Under the pieces are notes generated by a model that was not told the origin of the DNA, ran no database searches, and saw only the letters and a list, made by a program, of their open reading frames with translations. From the IMG/VR virus record IMGVR_UViG_2706795344_000001, positions 40,907 to 104,906 of that record: a DNA stretch of 64,000 bases; one strand, written 5' to 3'. This document shows positions 30,105 to 41,717 of the stretch, one piece after another (position 1 is the stretch's first letter; the number at the start of each line of letters is the position of its first letter). The position numbers were made by a program, and so were the translations under genes. The DNA is from a virus (taxonomy: Duplodnaviria > Caudoviricetes).

Positions 30105-30671
30105 ATGTATAATGGACGTAATAAAGTTAAAATTTGCCATATTGTGGCTGCTGGTTTAAATGGTGAGATTGGGAAAGATAATAAATTACTTTGCCATATT
30201 CCAGAGGATTTAGCTTACTTTAAGAAGATGACGTTAGGTCATGCTGTAGTAATGGGTCGCAAGACTTTAGAATCACTACCAAACAAACTATCTCGTCGTG
30301 CTGTATGGGAAGTCACCAATCGAAAACATGATGGAAGTCGATGGTATAATGGTTTACACTCAGCTTTATATGCTGCATCTGGTTCATGCTATTTCTTGAA
30401 CACGAATAAAATTTGGATTGCTGGTGGTGCATCTATCTATGAGCAGACAAATGATATTGTTGATGAGGTTTACCTTACACGTATTCATCATGAATTCCCT
30501 GACGCTGACAGCTTCTATAAGATTCCTGAAGGATTTGTGTTTGAGGGATATACAGAGCGTACATTGGAGCATTTCCCTGAAGAACGATTTCTTGAGGATA
30601 AATTAAGTTTAGATACATGGAAAGTTACATTTGAGAAGTGGGTTCGTGTTGACAGTTGGAAAAATAAGTAG
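30105..30671 (+). CDS. folA: Dihydrofolate reductase
   Basis: 'IG..N.L..HIPEDL.YFK..T.G..VVMGRKT.ES', 'GGA.IY', 'D.VYLT.I'. Confidence 0.93.
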   Translation: MYNGRNKVKICHIVAAGLNGEIGKDNKLLCHIPEDLAYFKKMTLGHAVVMGRKTLESLPNKLSRRAVWEVTNRKHDGSRWYNGLHSALYAASGSCYFLNTNKIWIAGGASIYEQTNDIVDEVYLTRIHHEFPDADSFYKIPEGFVFEGYTERTLEHFPEERFLEDKLSLDTWKVTFEKWVRVDSWKNK

Positions 30672-31435
30672 TAAACTTCAGGAGTAAATTAGGAGATACA
30701 TCATGGCTTTTAAAATTTATGATTTAGATGACAATACATTTTTAGTTGATGCTGCTGACGGTGGTGTGGTATTGTTCGGGTATGTTTGTGATGTCAAGTT
30801 TGGGACTGATGAGATTGATGTAAATGATTTGAAATTGGAAATGATCAGTACTGATAGTCCAATAGAAGAAAATGAACTATCAATCTTACAGAAGGAAGTT
30901 TTAGATAGAAAATCTGAAATTGAAGGTATGATTATCGACTACTGGATTAAGGAGCGTAATAAAGAATCAAATGAAATCTAATGTAGGTAAGTTTTTCTGT
31001 GTTAAAACAGGTAGTTATTTATCGGGTGAGGTTGGAGAGTGTATTGAACACCTTACTAAGAAACAACATAAAGTTCAGGAAGATTACGTTAAACTTGTTT
31101 TAGATGAAACAGTTATGTGGTTTAAACTGTCCGAAGTACGTGAGGTATAAAATGAAAGTTGGAATTATTGGTGGTGGTAGACAAGCTTGTGCTGCTATCG
31201 TGGCCCATGCATTAGCAAATGATTTGGTGGCAGCTATTGGTGGACCACAGCCTGTAAGATATACTTATCGAGATGATGATGGTGATTTTACAAGAGCTTA
31301 TGCACAAGATAACGTATCAAATCGACATACGTTTGTTAAGCTGTTACAGGGTACAGAGTTTTGTTATCAAGAATCTGATATACAGAAGTTTTTAACATTT
31401 GCACATCAACGAGCAATTACAGTGGAGAATATTTA

Positions 31436-32500
31436 ATGTCAAAAGAGCCTAAACCATTTCGTCCGATGAAGACAGTAAACGAAGCTTTAGACTTTGGCGA
31501 CGTTAAGTATCCTAAACTTGGTTCAATCAAGTTTGATGGTGTGTATGGCCTAGTTAAAGATAATAAACTATTAGGTCGTTCATTGAAGCCGTTAAAGAAT
31601 AAATGGTTGACAGAGCAACTTAGCCAACCAGAGTTTAATGGTATGGTGTTTGAAATTTTGAACGCTCGTATTGATGGGAAAGAAGGTCTCCACCTTAATC
31701 GTCAGGATTTATACAACAACAGTAACTCATGTACTGGAACGATTGAAAAAGAAGATTGGGATGTCGTGTTGGTATTATTCGATTACATCGACAATTGTGA
31801 CCCTGACTACTTGAGTAATAAATTCATTCATCGTATGGAGCGTTTAAATGAATTACTCTCATTGTTGAGTGATCGAAACTACATCACTGCACACAATATT
31901 TGTGGTATCCAATATCATGAGTACATGATTCGTGGTATTACTTTACTTATTCCAATGCCACATGACTTGGAAGGGCCAGAGGAAGCACGAGAGTTGTATG
32001 AGAGTATTGTTTCTGAAGGTCATGAAGGATTGATTCTACGATGCCCTGAAGGTATTTTTAAATGTGGTCGAGCTACTAAGAAGTCTCAAGAGATGGTTCG
32101 TTTTAAACCATCTGGTGATAGCGAGATCATCGTCACTCGTATGGAAGAGATGATGGAAAACCAGAATGAGGCTAAAAAGAATGAGCTTGGCTATACAGAG
32201 CGATCTTCTCATCAAGAAAACAAAGTCCCTTTGGGTATGGTTGGTGCTTTAATTGGTATTGATATCAATTCTGGTGTTGAGGTTAAGATTGGTGCTGGCA
32301 AATTAACTCATGAACAACGTAAAGAAGTTTGGGAAAATCGAGGTGATTATATTGGCCGATTAGCTAAGTATAAGTTTATGGATACAGGTCAGAAAGATTT
32401 GCCAAGACATCCACGTTGGGTTGGTTGGCGAGAGTTGACAGATGTGGACTCAGAAGTTGTATCCTTTGCGAAAGAACATGATGTATACATCAAAGAATAA
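31436..32500 (+). CDS. ATP-dependent DNA ligase
   Basis: Motif I 'KFDG', 'LFD', 'EGLILR', OB-fold 'IGAG', 'PRHP'. Confidence 0.92.
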   Translation: MSKEPKPFRPMKTVNEALDFGDVKYPKLGSIKFDGVYGLVKDNKLLGRSLKPLKNKWLTEQLSQPEFNGMVFEILNARIDGKEGLHLNRQDLYNNSNSCTGTIEKEDWDVVLVLFDYIDNCDPDYLSNKFIHRMERLNELLSLLSDRNYITAHNICGIQYHEYMIRGITLLIPMPHDLEGPEEARELYESIVSEGHEGLILRCPEGIFKCGRATKKSQEMVRFKPSGDSEIIVTRMEEMMENQNEAKKNELGYTERSSHQENKVPLGMVGALIGIDINSGVEVKIGAGKLTHEQRKEVWENRGDYIGRLAKYKFMDTGQKDLPRHPRWVGWRELTDVDSEVVSFAKEHDVYIKE

Positions 32501-32513
32501 TCTGAAATAGTTG

Positions 32514-32547
32514 TTGACCCGTTATAGATTAATCTCTATAATGGGTT
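32514..32547 (+). promoter_or_regulatory. Sigma70 promoter folded into 13-bp hairpin
   Basis: TTGACC-17-TATAAT; GACCCGTTATAGA/TCTATAATGGGTT. Confidence 0.7.
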
Positions 32548-32568
32548 CATTATTTAGGAGGTAACATC

Positions 32569-34437
32569 ATGAGTTTTAAACCAACAGATGAACAACAAGC
32601 AATTATCGATCTGGCATTGGATGGCGAAGACTTACGCATCAATGCATTTGCTGGTGCATCTAAAACAACAACATTAACAATGATTGCTGAGGCTAAGCAT
32701 GAAGAGGGTGGTGAAGTTGGAATGTATTTAGCATTCAACAAAGCTATTGCTACTGAGGCAGAGGAACGTTTCCCTAACTCTGTTGAGTGTCGTACAGTTC
32801 ACTCCCTTGCATATCGTCATACACCTAAAGCGTTGAAAGCTAAGATTGGTGGGAAGATTTTCCCTAAAGAGTGTGCAGCTTTATTAGGTTTTTCGGGTGA
32901 GTTTATTGTGAGTAAGCATAACTCAGATGTACGTCGGATGATTTCTGTAAATGCTAAGACAAGTATGATTCGTTCTACGCTAGCACGTTTCTGCAACTCT
33001 GCTGATGATGAAATCTCAGCAAAGCATCTTGTAATGATTGATTGGATGTACAAGATTAAAGATGGTGAATTCGATTTCAAACCTTTAATGGCAGAGATTC
33101 TAAGACTTACACGTGAATACTGGAAAGAGTGCCAAGACCCGTCATCACCTGTACCGTTAGGTCACGATGGATACTTGAAGTTATACTCAATGCAGCGTAG
33201 ACAAATTCCTGTTTCTTATATTATGATTGACGAGAATCAAGATTCATCACCTGTAATTCTAAACATTATTGAAGCTCAGAAGAAAGCTCAAAAAATTTAT
33301 GTGGGTGATAAATTCCAAGCTATCTATGGATGGCGTGGGGCGATCAATGCTATGGACTTTGTGACTGGTAAAGAGATGTTCCTAACTAAGTCTTTCCGAT
33401 TTGGTAAGAATGTTGAAACTATTGCTAACTTAGTTTTAGAGGCGTCTGGTTGTGGTGTGACTCTTGAAGGTAATGGTAGTGAGGATGGTGGAATCTTCCT
33501 TAAGGAGAATTCTATTGTACCTAATGCAGTAATCTGTCGTACAAACTCTGGTGTTATCAAAAATATTTTTGAATACAGTAATAAGTACCCTAACTTAGTT
33601 ATTGGAGCAAGTTGTGACCTGACAGCTATCCAAAACTTTGTACGTGCTTATGAAGATTTATGTGCTGGGAAGAGTGTTGAACATCCTTTATTATTTACTT
33701 TCAACAGTAAAGCAGAGCTTTTAGAGTATTGTGACGAAAGTCCAGACGACTTAGAAGTGTCAGGTTTGGTTAAGTTGATTGAGCGCTTTGGAGCTAAAGC
33801 TTTGATGGCTGCTATGAGTAAATGTTCTCAGCAACAAAACTGTGACATTATGATTACCACTGCACATAAATCAAAAGGTCTTGAGTGGGACAACGTAATT
33901 CTTTATAACGATTACGGATATGATATTAATGAAGATGGCGAAATCGATGCTTCAGATGAGGAATTGAACGTCGTCTATGTGGCTTGTACTCGTGCCAAGA
34001 AGCATCTTTGTATTGCTGGTGTGCATGACTTGCTAAATCTTCTAACGAAGCGTAAAGGTATTAAATTAGACCTAAAAGATGCATCACCAGATCATTTAGA
34101 TTACTTGAATCGAGTTATCGCTGCTGCTAAAGCTAATCAGGTTAAGTTCTCTTATAAAGGCTCAACCATGGGAGAGTTGGAGAAATTTGTAGAACGTCAC
34201 AGACACTTGGTTGAGTTTGACCCAACACAAGCTGATGGTGGTCTCTATGGCTATGACGAAGTAGCAGCTGCTACAGGTGGAGTTTTAACGGGTGCTAAGA
34301 TGATGACTATATCTCCTAACACTGGCATTTCTAATGAAGTAATGATGGAGAAAGTCGGAGAGTTTATTGATGGAAACAGTAATCATTATTTTGATGCTGT
34401 TATTAGTGAACAGGAGCACGATCACATAGATAATTAG
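32569..34437 (+). CDS. UvrD/Rep-like SF1 helicase
   Basis: 'AFAGASKT', 'LAFNK', 'T.HSLA', 'DENQD', 'VGD..Q.IYGWRG', 'SFRFG', 'T.HKSKGLEW', 'YVACTRA'. Confidence 0.92.
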   Translation: MSFKPTDEQQAIIDLALDGEDLRINAFAGASKTTTLTMIAEAKHEEGGEVGMYLAFNKAIATEAEERFPNSVECRTVHSLAYRHTPKALKAKIGGKIFPKECAALLGFSGEFIVSKHNSDVRRMISVNAKTSMIRSTLARFCNSADDEISAKHLVMIDWMYKIKDGEFDFKPLMAEILRLTREYWKECQDPSSPVPLGHDGYLKLYSMQRRQIPVSYIMIDENQDSSPVILNIIEAQKKAQKIYVGDKFQAIYGWRGAINAMDFVTGKEMFLTKSFRFGKNVETIANLVLEASGCGVTLEGNGSEDGGIFLKENSIVPNAVICRTNSGVIKNIFEYSNKYPNLVIGASCDLTAIQNFVRAYEDLCAGKSVEHPLLFTFNSKAELLEYCDESPDDLEVSGLVKLIERFGAKALMAAMSKCSQQQNCDIMITTAHKSKGLEWDNVILYNDYGYDINEDGEIDASDEELNVVYVACTRAKKHLCIAGVHDLLNLLTKRKGIKLDLKDASPDHLDYLNRVIAAAKANQVKFSYKGSTMGELEKFVERHRHLVEFDPTQADGGLYGYDEVAAATGGVLTGAKMMTISPNTGISNEVMMEKVGEFIDGNSNHYFDAVISEQEHDHIDN

Positions 34438-35119
34438 GAGGTTTGATGGTTTTACTAGGGTGGTCGCAACGGGAAGTGTATAATGATAGATTATTCGATC
34501 ATGTACGCTTCTCTGGTGAAACCAAGTTGATTCATGTACTGGAAAATGACATCCAGTACATTGGTGTAGAGGTACGATATAAAGGACAGGTTAAAGAAGC
34601 TGACATTGACAGGGCAAGAAAATTCTTGGAAAAGAATGTGTTCGGTTTATTGGAAGGTAGAGAACCAAAATTGTTTATTTTAAGTGAGGTGTCATGAAGC
34701 GAATATTATTTATTACAGGAGACTTTGACGAGGGTGAGTTAAGAACTGAATACTATGACGATGTAGATCATATGGTTCGTGACCGATCTGGTTGGAACTC
34801 TTTTAAAGAGATGAAAGACTATGTAGAAGAACATGGACTTGATGATGACGAGTGTGAAGGTTGCGAGAAAATGCTTCTTGAGCTTGTTGAAGATGGTTAT
34901 CATATTGATGAATGGCACAGCTATCACGTATACTATGGTGACATGGCTATGGGGGTGGGTAATGTTTAGTTCATTTGATGATTGGTTTGAGGAGCTTAAG
35001 GAAGCTGCAAGCTTTCAAGGTTTCTATGTAGATAATGCTGCTGATTGGGAAGATTACTATAAGATGGGTATGTTGCCAGAAGTAGCTTGGAAGAAATACG
35101 GTAATAAATAGGAGGGTCT

Positions 35120-35836
35120 ATGACAGACAAAACTTTAGTTGAGAGTGAAAACATTTCACAAATTAATAAAGATGGCAGCACAACGCCATTGAAAACAAAG
35201 AAGACTGTGTTCTTGATTAATGGAGCACCTAATAGTGGTAAAGATGCTTCAGCTACATTGCTTAAGAAAGTGTTTGGGGGTGGTTCACATCGAGCTTTTA
35301 AAGATGCTCTTTATGAAGAAACAGCAAAACATTTTAATGTGGACCTTGATTGGTTTATCAAACAGGCAACAGATCGTACAACAAAAGAAACTCCTACACG
35401 AATTCTTTTTGATCGTAGTATGAATCCATTAGTACGTATTGCTTTATTCTTGTTTAGTCTGATTCGTCCTGTAGGTTTTAGCCCACGTCAAGCTTTAATC
35501 CATGTGTCTGAAAATATTATCAAACCTAAGTTTGGTGATACATTCTTTGGTATTAAGTTGCTGGATGCCATTTTGGATGATGACCAAGCAATCACTTTTG
35601 TTTCTGACTCAGGTTTTGAAAGTGAGATTGTCCCTCTGGTAGAAGCTGGCTTGAAAGTATATGTAATCCGTTTACATCGTGAAGGTTGCACATTTGAAGG
35701 TGACAGTCGCACTATGTTATCTGATGAAGTACTTAACAAGTTAGGTGTGACATTCCGAGATGTGTATAATGATGGTACATTAGAAGATTTAGAAAAGAAA
35801 TTGACAAGCGCTGCTTGTGATTTATTGGTGGGCTAA
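35120..35836 (+). CDS. Deoxynucleoside monophosphate kinase
   Basis: 'GAPNSGKD', 'FKD.L', 'PRQ.L', 'VSDSGF..E'. Confidence 0.8.
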   Translation: MTDKTLVESENISQINKDGSTTPLKTKKTVFLINGAPNSGKDASATLLKKVFGGGSHRAFKDALYEETAKHFNVDLDWFIKQATDRTTKETPTRILFDRSMNPLVRIALFLFSLIRPVGFSPRQALIHVSENIIKPKFGDTFFGIKLLDAILDDDQAITFVSDSGFESEIVPLVEAGLKVYVIRLHREGCTFEGDSRTMLSDEVLNKLGVTFRDVYNDGTLEDLEKKLTSAACDLLVG

Positions 35837-36383
35837 TACCCACCTTGTTGGAGGTAATATGTTTAAAGATAAATTTTTAATTTGGATTTTGGTGGTAGTG
35901 TTTATCATCTTATTGGTTAGTAACATGTATGAAGCTAAAGCAGCAACATTATTAGCCAAGAAACCTTCTGTAGCTGTTACGCCACCCTTAGTCATCCCTC
36001 AGCATTTAGATATGATTAAGAAAGAGTGCAAGTATCGGATTAAGACAGGGAAGAAAGTGCCTAAACACTGCTATAAGTTTGTATAGGAGTTATCATGAAG
36101 TTAAACAGGCACTACACAATTACAAATCAGAAATATGTACACAGGAAATTATTTCTATGTAGAAGTTGTGGCAAGCCTTGTAAGCCTTCCAAGTATGTCG
36201 TATTCCCAAAAGATAAGAGATACATGATAGCTCAATCATACGGTTGCCTACCTTGTGACACAAATTACAAGGTAAGTTAAGGAGTTATCATGAAATTGAG
36301 ATACATTGCTGTAGGTCTAATCTTATTAAGCTTGGTGTACTATAAATCTTTAAAAGATTTTGATTATATTTTGGTTGGAGATG

Positions 36384-36421
36384 TTGACAACAAAAATGAT
36401 GTGAGTTAATATTCTCACATC
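36384..36421 (+). promoter_or_regulatory. Sigma70 promoter with -10 in hairpin loop
   Basis: TTGACA-17-TAATAT; perfect GATGTGAG/CTCACATC stem. Confidence 0.75.
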
Positions 36422-36445
36422 AACAACGAAGTAAGGAAGTCTAGT

Positions 36446-37186
36446 ATGACACAATTCACTAAAGGTGCATTCACTGCTGAACAATTAAACACTAAAACTT
36501 GTATTGCTACAGTTTTTCATGAAGCTGAACCAATGCGTATTGCTCGTAAACAAGCATTTAAATTGATGATTCCTTACCTTGGAAGTCATAAAGCGCGTTT
36601 AATGGCAACAGTCTTAGAAGATTCAGTTGTTTTACGTATGAGTAAAGCTATTGGTGGTGCTATGAATGCTGAAGGTTTTAATGCATGTTGGTTCTTTGAC
36701 ATGTGTAATGCACAGAATATGAATTTGTTTGAAGGTGTGCCTGAAGCTGTATTGTTCAGTCTTGGTCAAGTCTTTAAAAATGCAAACATCAATTCAGTTA
36801 AATGGGCAATGAATCCAGATACACTAAAAGTTGTTGAAATGCATGCAAAAGAGTCTGGATTACGTTTAGGTCGTTTGGTTACAAAAACTTTAGGATACAA
36901 AGATAAATTGTATATTAAAGATGAGCTATTAGCTGACTTAGCGAATACTGCAATTGGTTTACAGGTACAGCAATTGTCTCGTATAGATGTCACCAAATCT
37001 ATTTTACAGATGTTAGTACATAATATTTTGTGTGGTAATGAAAAGGATGTGGTAATTGATACACTAATCTTGTTATATGGATTCCGTATAACATTAGCTT
37101 ATTCTACCTATGACGTGGTAGAGAAGATGGTTAAATTGGTAAAACAAAATGAGATGGTGATTAAAGATGCAACTCGATTACAGTAA
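36446..37186 (+). CDS. Hypothetical protein
   Basis: 246-aa ORF behind its own promoter. Confidence 0.6.
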   Translation: MTQFTKGAFTAEQLNTKTCIATVFHEAEPMRIARKQAFKLMIPYLGSHKARLMATVLEDSVVLRMSKAIGGAMNAEGFNACWFFDMCNAQNMNLFEGVPEAVLFSLGQVFKNANINSVKWAMNPDTLKVVEMHAKESGLRLGRLVTKTLGYKDKLYIKDELLADLANTAIGLQVQQLSRIDVTKSILQMLVHNILCGNEKDVVIDTLILLYGFRITLAYSTYDVVEKMVKLVKQNEMVIKDATRLQ

Positions 37187-37727
37187 GTGGAATGTTGGTC
37201 AAGCTAAGGAAGCTATTGAAAATTTGGCTAATGCTCTTAAAACTGTGGAAGTTAAAGTTCAGGAAACATTGGAGCGTAACCGATCACAGTTTTGTAAAAA
37301 TGACCCTGAACTAATTCAATTAGTGAATACAATCCATCCTGAGTTGAATTTCAAGATTGTCATGGATGTGCTTGGACCTAAACAAGATGGTGCAATGTGG
37401 GTAGCATTGGCTAAGATTGAAACTAAGACTGGTATCGAAGGTATAGCTAAAAAACTTGTGGAGTCTGGACTCTTACGTGAAGAGTATTGGTATATGGACC
37501 CATCGGGGATTCATGGAGACACCAAGATCGGTGATGAAGATGACCTTGATAGTTTTAAGGAAATCGAGGGTGGTATCGAAACTTGGGCTTGTCCAATACG
37601 TGGAATAATCATCTCAAAAGATGAATTTGATGAAGGTTTATATAGTATTCTATATACAACAGATGTATATCACCAGATTTATCAGCGTATGATGGAAGGT
37701 GTTGACGAGTTAAAACTTGTACCTTAA
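37167..37727 (+). CDS. Hypothetical protein
   Basis: Overlapping ORF. Confidence 0.55.
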   Translation: MQLDYSKWNVGQAKEAIENLANALKTVEVKVQETLERNRSQFCKNDPELIQLVNTIHPELNFKIVMDVLGPKQDGAMWVALAKIETKTGIEGIAKKLVESGLLREEYWYMDPSGIHGDTKIGDEDDLDSFKEIEGGIETWACPIRGIIISKDEFDEGLYSILYTTDVYHQIYQRMMEGVDELKLVP

Positions 37728-37761
37728 AATGAGGGAGGTGGCTTAGGCTGCTTCCCTTTTT
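37702..37761 (+). promoter_or_regulatory. Promoter immediately followed by terminator hairpin
   Basis: TTGACG-17-TAAAAT then GGGAGGTGGC-ttag-GCTGCTTCCC-T5. Confidence 0.7.
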
Positions 37762-38277
37762 ATTTATCTGGAGAAAATTATGTCTAAAACATTAAGGCCA
37801 ACTTTTATTTGTAAGTGTGGTGGAACCATATCAGCTGGCTGTTGGGTGATGGGTAATAAAAGTGTACGCATCGGAGAGAGTGGTAGATTCATGAGGTTGG
37901 AAGACAAAGGATATTGGGAAATGTCGTGTAACAAATGTGATTACAGAGGGAGTTATACACCATGAGTATTAAAGATTATATTGACAAAGTTCTTGCATAT
38001 AATGATGATTGTGATGTCAAATCGGACCTGTTGTACTACAAAGAGTTTGAGGACTTTATGTTTGAATTGTTCTACTCAGAGCATTTCCAGTGTCTAGTTA
38101 AGTTTATTGGTAACAGGGCTTTCTTGGAACAAGAGGGTGGGTGGACATTTTACTCATCTAGCCATTCTGCCATTGATACTCTTAAGAATAAGGCTGGGTT
38201 AAAAAATATTAAAAAGTATTTGACTGGATAACTAATAAACTATACAATCACTGCATAACTTAAAGAGGTAGAGAAAG

Positions 38278-39231
38278 ATGGGTTTAAAAGAAGGTAAGCG
38301 TCCAATTGTGATAAAACAAACTAAGCCACAAATTACCATGGCTGGTACTGAGACGGTTCTAACAGTTAAGAAATATGCTCGTGAGATATTTTACAATAAT
38401 CTGTGGAATGAGTATCCTGAAGCGATTAAAAATCGTGGTGCTGTGTTTATTGGAGATACACCAGTAGTTTCTCCTATGGACAAATGCTTTAACTACAAAG
38501 AGAATGGTGTTGGATTAGATGTTAGTGATGAAACCCATGTATATGTTTACCGTAAGGTGAATGGTTACATGGCTAATTTAACATACATCAATGGTATTGG
38601 TTGGATTATCTCAACTACTGGTGATGCAATGATTGTTGGGAATAAGACTGACAATAAGTATCTAAATATGGCCCAAGAATATTTTGAGCGTTTTGATGCT
38701 TATGCATATTATTTGGAACTGTCACAAGCTGTTGATTCTCGTATTGTTGAGTTGAAAGATCAGCCACCTTTGACAATCACCTTTGAGATTACACACCCAG
38801 ATGACCCTCATATTGTGGAAGAGTTGTATGGTGTTTACGCTTTGTGTTATCAGATCGGTGATAATCAGCGACCATGTTTTAACATTTATACAGTGAAACA
38901 TTGTGTTGTTCCTGTACGTGGAAAGCTTATGACATTTGGTCAAGCTAAAGCAGAGCTTCAAGAATGTAAACATGAAGGGTTTATGGTGTATAACATTAAT
39001 CATAAATTATTATTCAAATTGAAGTCTCCTTATTACTTGGCAAAGAAATGGGTTCAGCGTCGTAGTGCAGACCATTTGTGGAGTCCTCTGTATAAGAGTC
39101 GTATGGAAGAGGAATACTACCCTATTGTTGTACGTATTCGTGAGAAGTTGACTAAGGAAGAGTGGGATGCTTTGGATGAGAAAGGTAAGTCAGCTTTATT
39201 CTTAGAAGTGTATAAGGAGTTGTTAGGTTAA
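38278..39231 (+). CDS. RNA ligase, Rnl1-like
   Basis: 'K.FNY.E', motif I 'KVNG', 'TFEI.HP.DPHIV.E', 'HEGF', 'KLKSPYYL.KK'; promoter TTGACT-17-TACAAT at 38220. Confidence 0.8.
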   Translation: MGLKEGKRPIVIKQTKPQITMAGTETVLTVKKYAREIFYNNLWNEYPEAIKNRGAVFIGDTPVVSPMDKCFNYKENGVGLDVSDETHVYVYRKVNGYMANLTYINGIGWIISTTGDAMIVGNKTDNKYLNMAQEYFERFDAYAYYLELSQAVDSRIVELKDQPPLTITFEITHPDDPHIVEELYGVYALCYQIGDNQRPCFNIYTVKHCVVPVRGKLMTFGQAKAELQECKHEGFMVYNINHKLLFKLKSPYYLAKKWVQRRSADHLWSPLYKSRMEEEYYPIVVRIREKLTKEEWDALDEKGKSALFLEVYKELLG

Positions 39232-39644
39232 TGAATAATAAGATACTATGGTTTGTACGTGGTGTCTCAGGAGCTGGAAAGAGTACCGTAGCAAAAGTGT
39301 TACGGGAACAGCTACCATTTGGTTGTGGAACTGAGGCTGATGACTTTCGTTATATCGATGGTCGGTATGCATGGGAGGAGGTCCCAAATTATATTGCACA
39401 CCGTAAATGTTTTGATACTACAAAAGAATACTTGATAGATGGTCGTCAAAATGTGGTAGTATCCAATACATCGACAAGAAGTAAAGATGTTCGCAAGTAT
39501 AAGAAGCTTGCAGAAGAATTTGGATATATGTTTATCTCTATTGTGGTTGAGAATTACCATGAGACAGGTAATACACACAATGTACCATATGCTACACTTG
39601 TTGATATGGAAAATAAACTACGTGGTAGTATTAAATTAAAGTGA
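39231..39644 (+). CDS. Polynucleotide kinase (AAA_33-like)
   Basis: 'RGVSGAGKST', 'EADDF', 'VVSNT', 'HNVP'. Confidence 0.85.
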   Translation: MNNKILWFVRGVSGAGKSTVAKVLREQLPFGCGTEADDFRYIDGRYAWEEVPNYIAHRKCFDTTKEYLIDGRQNVVVSNTSTRSKDVRKYKKLAEEFGYMFISIVVENYHETGNTHNVPYATLVDMENKLRGSIKLK

Positions 39645-40192
39645 GATTATTATGAAGCTTTTACGAGGTGGCGTACTTTGGGACTCAGAAGTACACAAGA
39701 AATTGATTGAAAAACTTGGTGGTGTTAAGGCTATTGAAGAAAAACTCAAACAAGGGTTGATGTTTGGTGAGCTTCACTATTATAAGAAAGCTATTGAGAT
39801 CAAAGATGCTTTTGAAGCACATAATGTAGAATTTAAACAGTGAGGTAAAATATGAATCGTAAGCAACGTAAAATTAAAAAGATGATCGCTCGTTTTCACA
39901 CAGGACATACAGCAATCACTCCAACTCACAAACTCTTAGGTAAAGAGTGTTTCTTAAGAGCTGAGTATTGCAAAGATGCAACTACAGAAAAACTTGCTAA
40001 GGTTTTGGGCATAGATCGAGAGATGACCAGTGTATTGGTTTACTGCCCTTACTTAGAATCTATAAATTTTGGTCATGATGGTGGGGAACTTCACAGATTC
40101 GCAAATGATCTACTATACAGAAACATTGACAAGTTTAAACCAAAGAAACATGGTTGTTGGTGGGTTGACATTAAAGATGTGAGATTCAAATA

Positions 40193-40819
40193 ATGGCTAA
40201 ATTATCTACAAGTGATTTACATTTTGGACATGTGAATATTTTAAATTTTACAACCAGACATCATTTTATGGAGGCTGCGAGTATATGTGGAAAAGATTTT
40301 GGATTGACTATGGGTGTATTATCGCGTCTGGAGTCTCGCACATTAACCCCTGAAGATAAGGAGTTAATTAAGTCTAAGCATGATGCATGGTTAATCTATT
40401 TCCTAAATTTGCAAATTGAAAGTGGTGATGTGATCTATCACGTTGGTGATTTTGCATTCTACAAGGATGTGAATAAGATTCGTGAAATCATTTTACAGTT
40501 ATCTGGTGACTGGATTTTCATTCTTGGTAATCATGACAATGAATCTGCACTACGTGAAGCTTGTAAAGGTACTCGACACAAAGTCGTAGGCCACTATCAT
40601 GAGGCCCATGTAAATCGTAAACGTGTGATTTTCTGCCACTACCCTATCGAGGAATGGAATCAATGTCACAACGGTTCATGGCATGTCTACGGGCATCTTC
40701 ATGGGAGTGAGGGTCATGGCGAGTTTAAGATTCGTAAAGACTTACCACGTCGTTTTGATACAGGAATTGATGCACACCCTAATTGCTTAATGTTTAACTT
40801 AGACGAGGTGATTCAATGA
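40193..40819 (+). CDS. Calcineurin-like metallophosphoesterase
   Basis: 'SDLHFGH', 'GDF', 'GNHD', 'HYP', 'GHLH'. Confidence 0.88.
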   Translation: MAKLSTSDLHFGHVNILNFTTRHHFMEAASICGKDFGLTMGVLSRLESRTLTPEDKELIKSKHDAWLIYFLNLQIESGDVIYHVGDFAFYKDVNKIREIILQLSGDWIFILGNHDNESALREACKGTRHKVVGHYHEAHVNRKRVIFCHYPIEEWNQCHNGSWHVYGHLHGSEGHGEFKIRKDLPRRFDTGIDAHPNCLMFNLDEVIQ

Positions 40820-41647
40820 GTTTATTCACAGTGGGTAATGACGTTGGATTAGCTGCCGATCATCTGAATTTTGCAATCGAGGCTTTAGAAGATTGTGACA
40901 TTGATGGTGAGGCTATGGATTCATTACGTGAGGCCCAGCAACGATTAGATCAAGCTATGGCTGAGATTGCAGATTTGAGAGGTAAGTATGGCGAAGCATA
41001 GTCAAGCTACGAAAGACTTTAAGCAGAAACACTACCAAGACATTCGTGTCAAATATGGTTGTGGTGTATGTTTACAGCAAGGTGGGGAGGCAGTTGTTCT
41101 TGATAAGGTTGGAGCTAAGAAATTGATTAAAGAACTTAGTTCTTGGATTGATAGTAAATGATGATACATGGCAGAAAGACTACATATAAGGATTCGGTTC
41201 AACGTCTCCTTAATTGTGGTGCTGACCTTGAATCAATGATGATTGATATGCTTGAGTTTGAAAAGAATCTTACTGCTGGTCTAAAGGAACGTCACTGGAC
41301 AGCCTCATTTCACGTAGGAGGAGAGTTAAAGTCTTTGACTATAGTACCAGAGGGAACAGAGCTTTCATTCCGTGTGCAGGATTTGGCGAAGTATAGGGTG
41401 TTATTGACACCAGAGGAGTTGAGATAATGCCTATATGTGTTGGTGGGCCTTTACATTATCAACATGCATTATGTGGGGATTATATATATACACATGATCG
41501 TGGAAGAGTTGTTAAGTCTTATGTGTTGAGAGAGTATTGGTACAACGATGGGTCGGTTAAAAAGATTCAACTATACCAACACTGCTCATACTCTGATGAA
41601 TGCATCATAAAATTCCTAAATGAGAAATTTAATTTGAACCCTGTTGA

Positions 41648-41686
41648 GAAAAAGTCTTGACAGGGCTTTTTTATACCTGTAATATT
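41648..41686 (+). promoter_or_regulatory. Terminator hairpin carrying the -35 box of a promoter
   Basis: AAGTCTT-gac-AGGGCTT plus T-tract; TTGACA-17-TAATAT. Confidence 0.6.
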
Positions 41687-41717
41687 CACCACATAGACAA
41701 ACATCGGAGCTATAAAA

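Noticed and set aside
41657-41717. ORF-track TTG start at 41657 (and GTG start at 61165, GTG at 21861)
   Set aside because: These fall in promoter or terminator elements; downstream starts at 41718, 61228 and 21894 fit better
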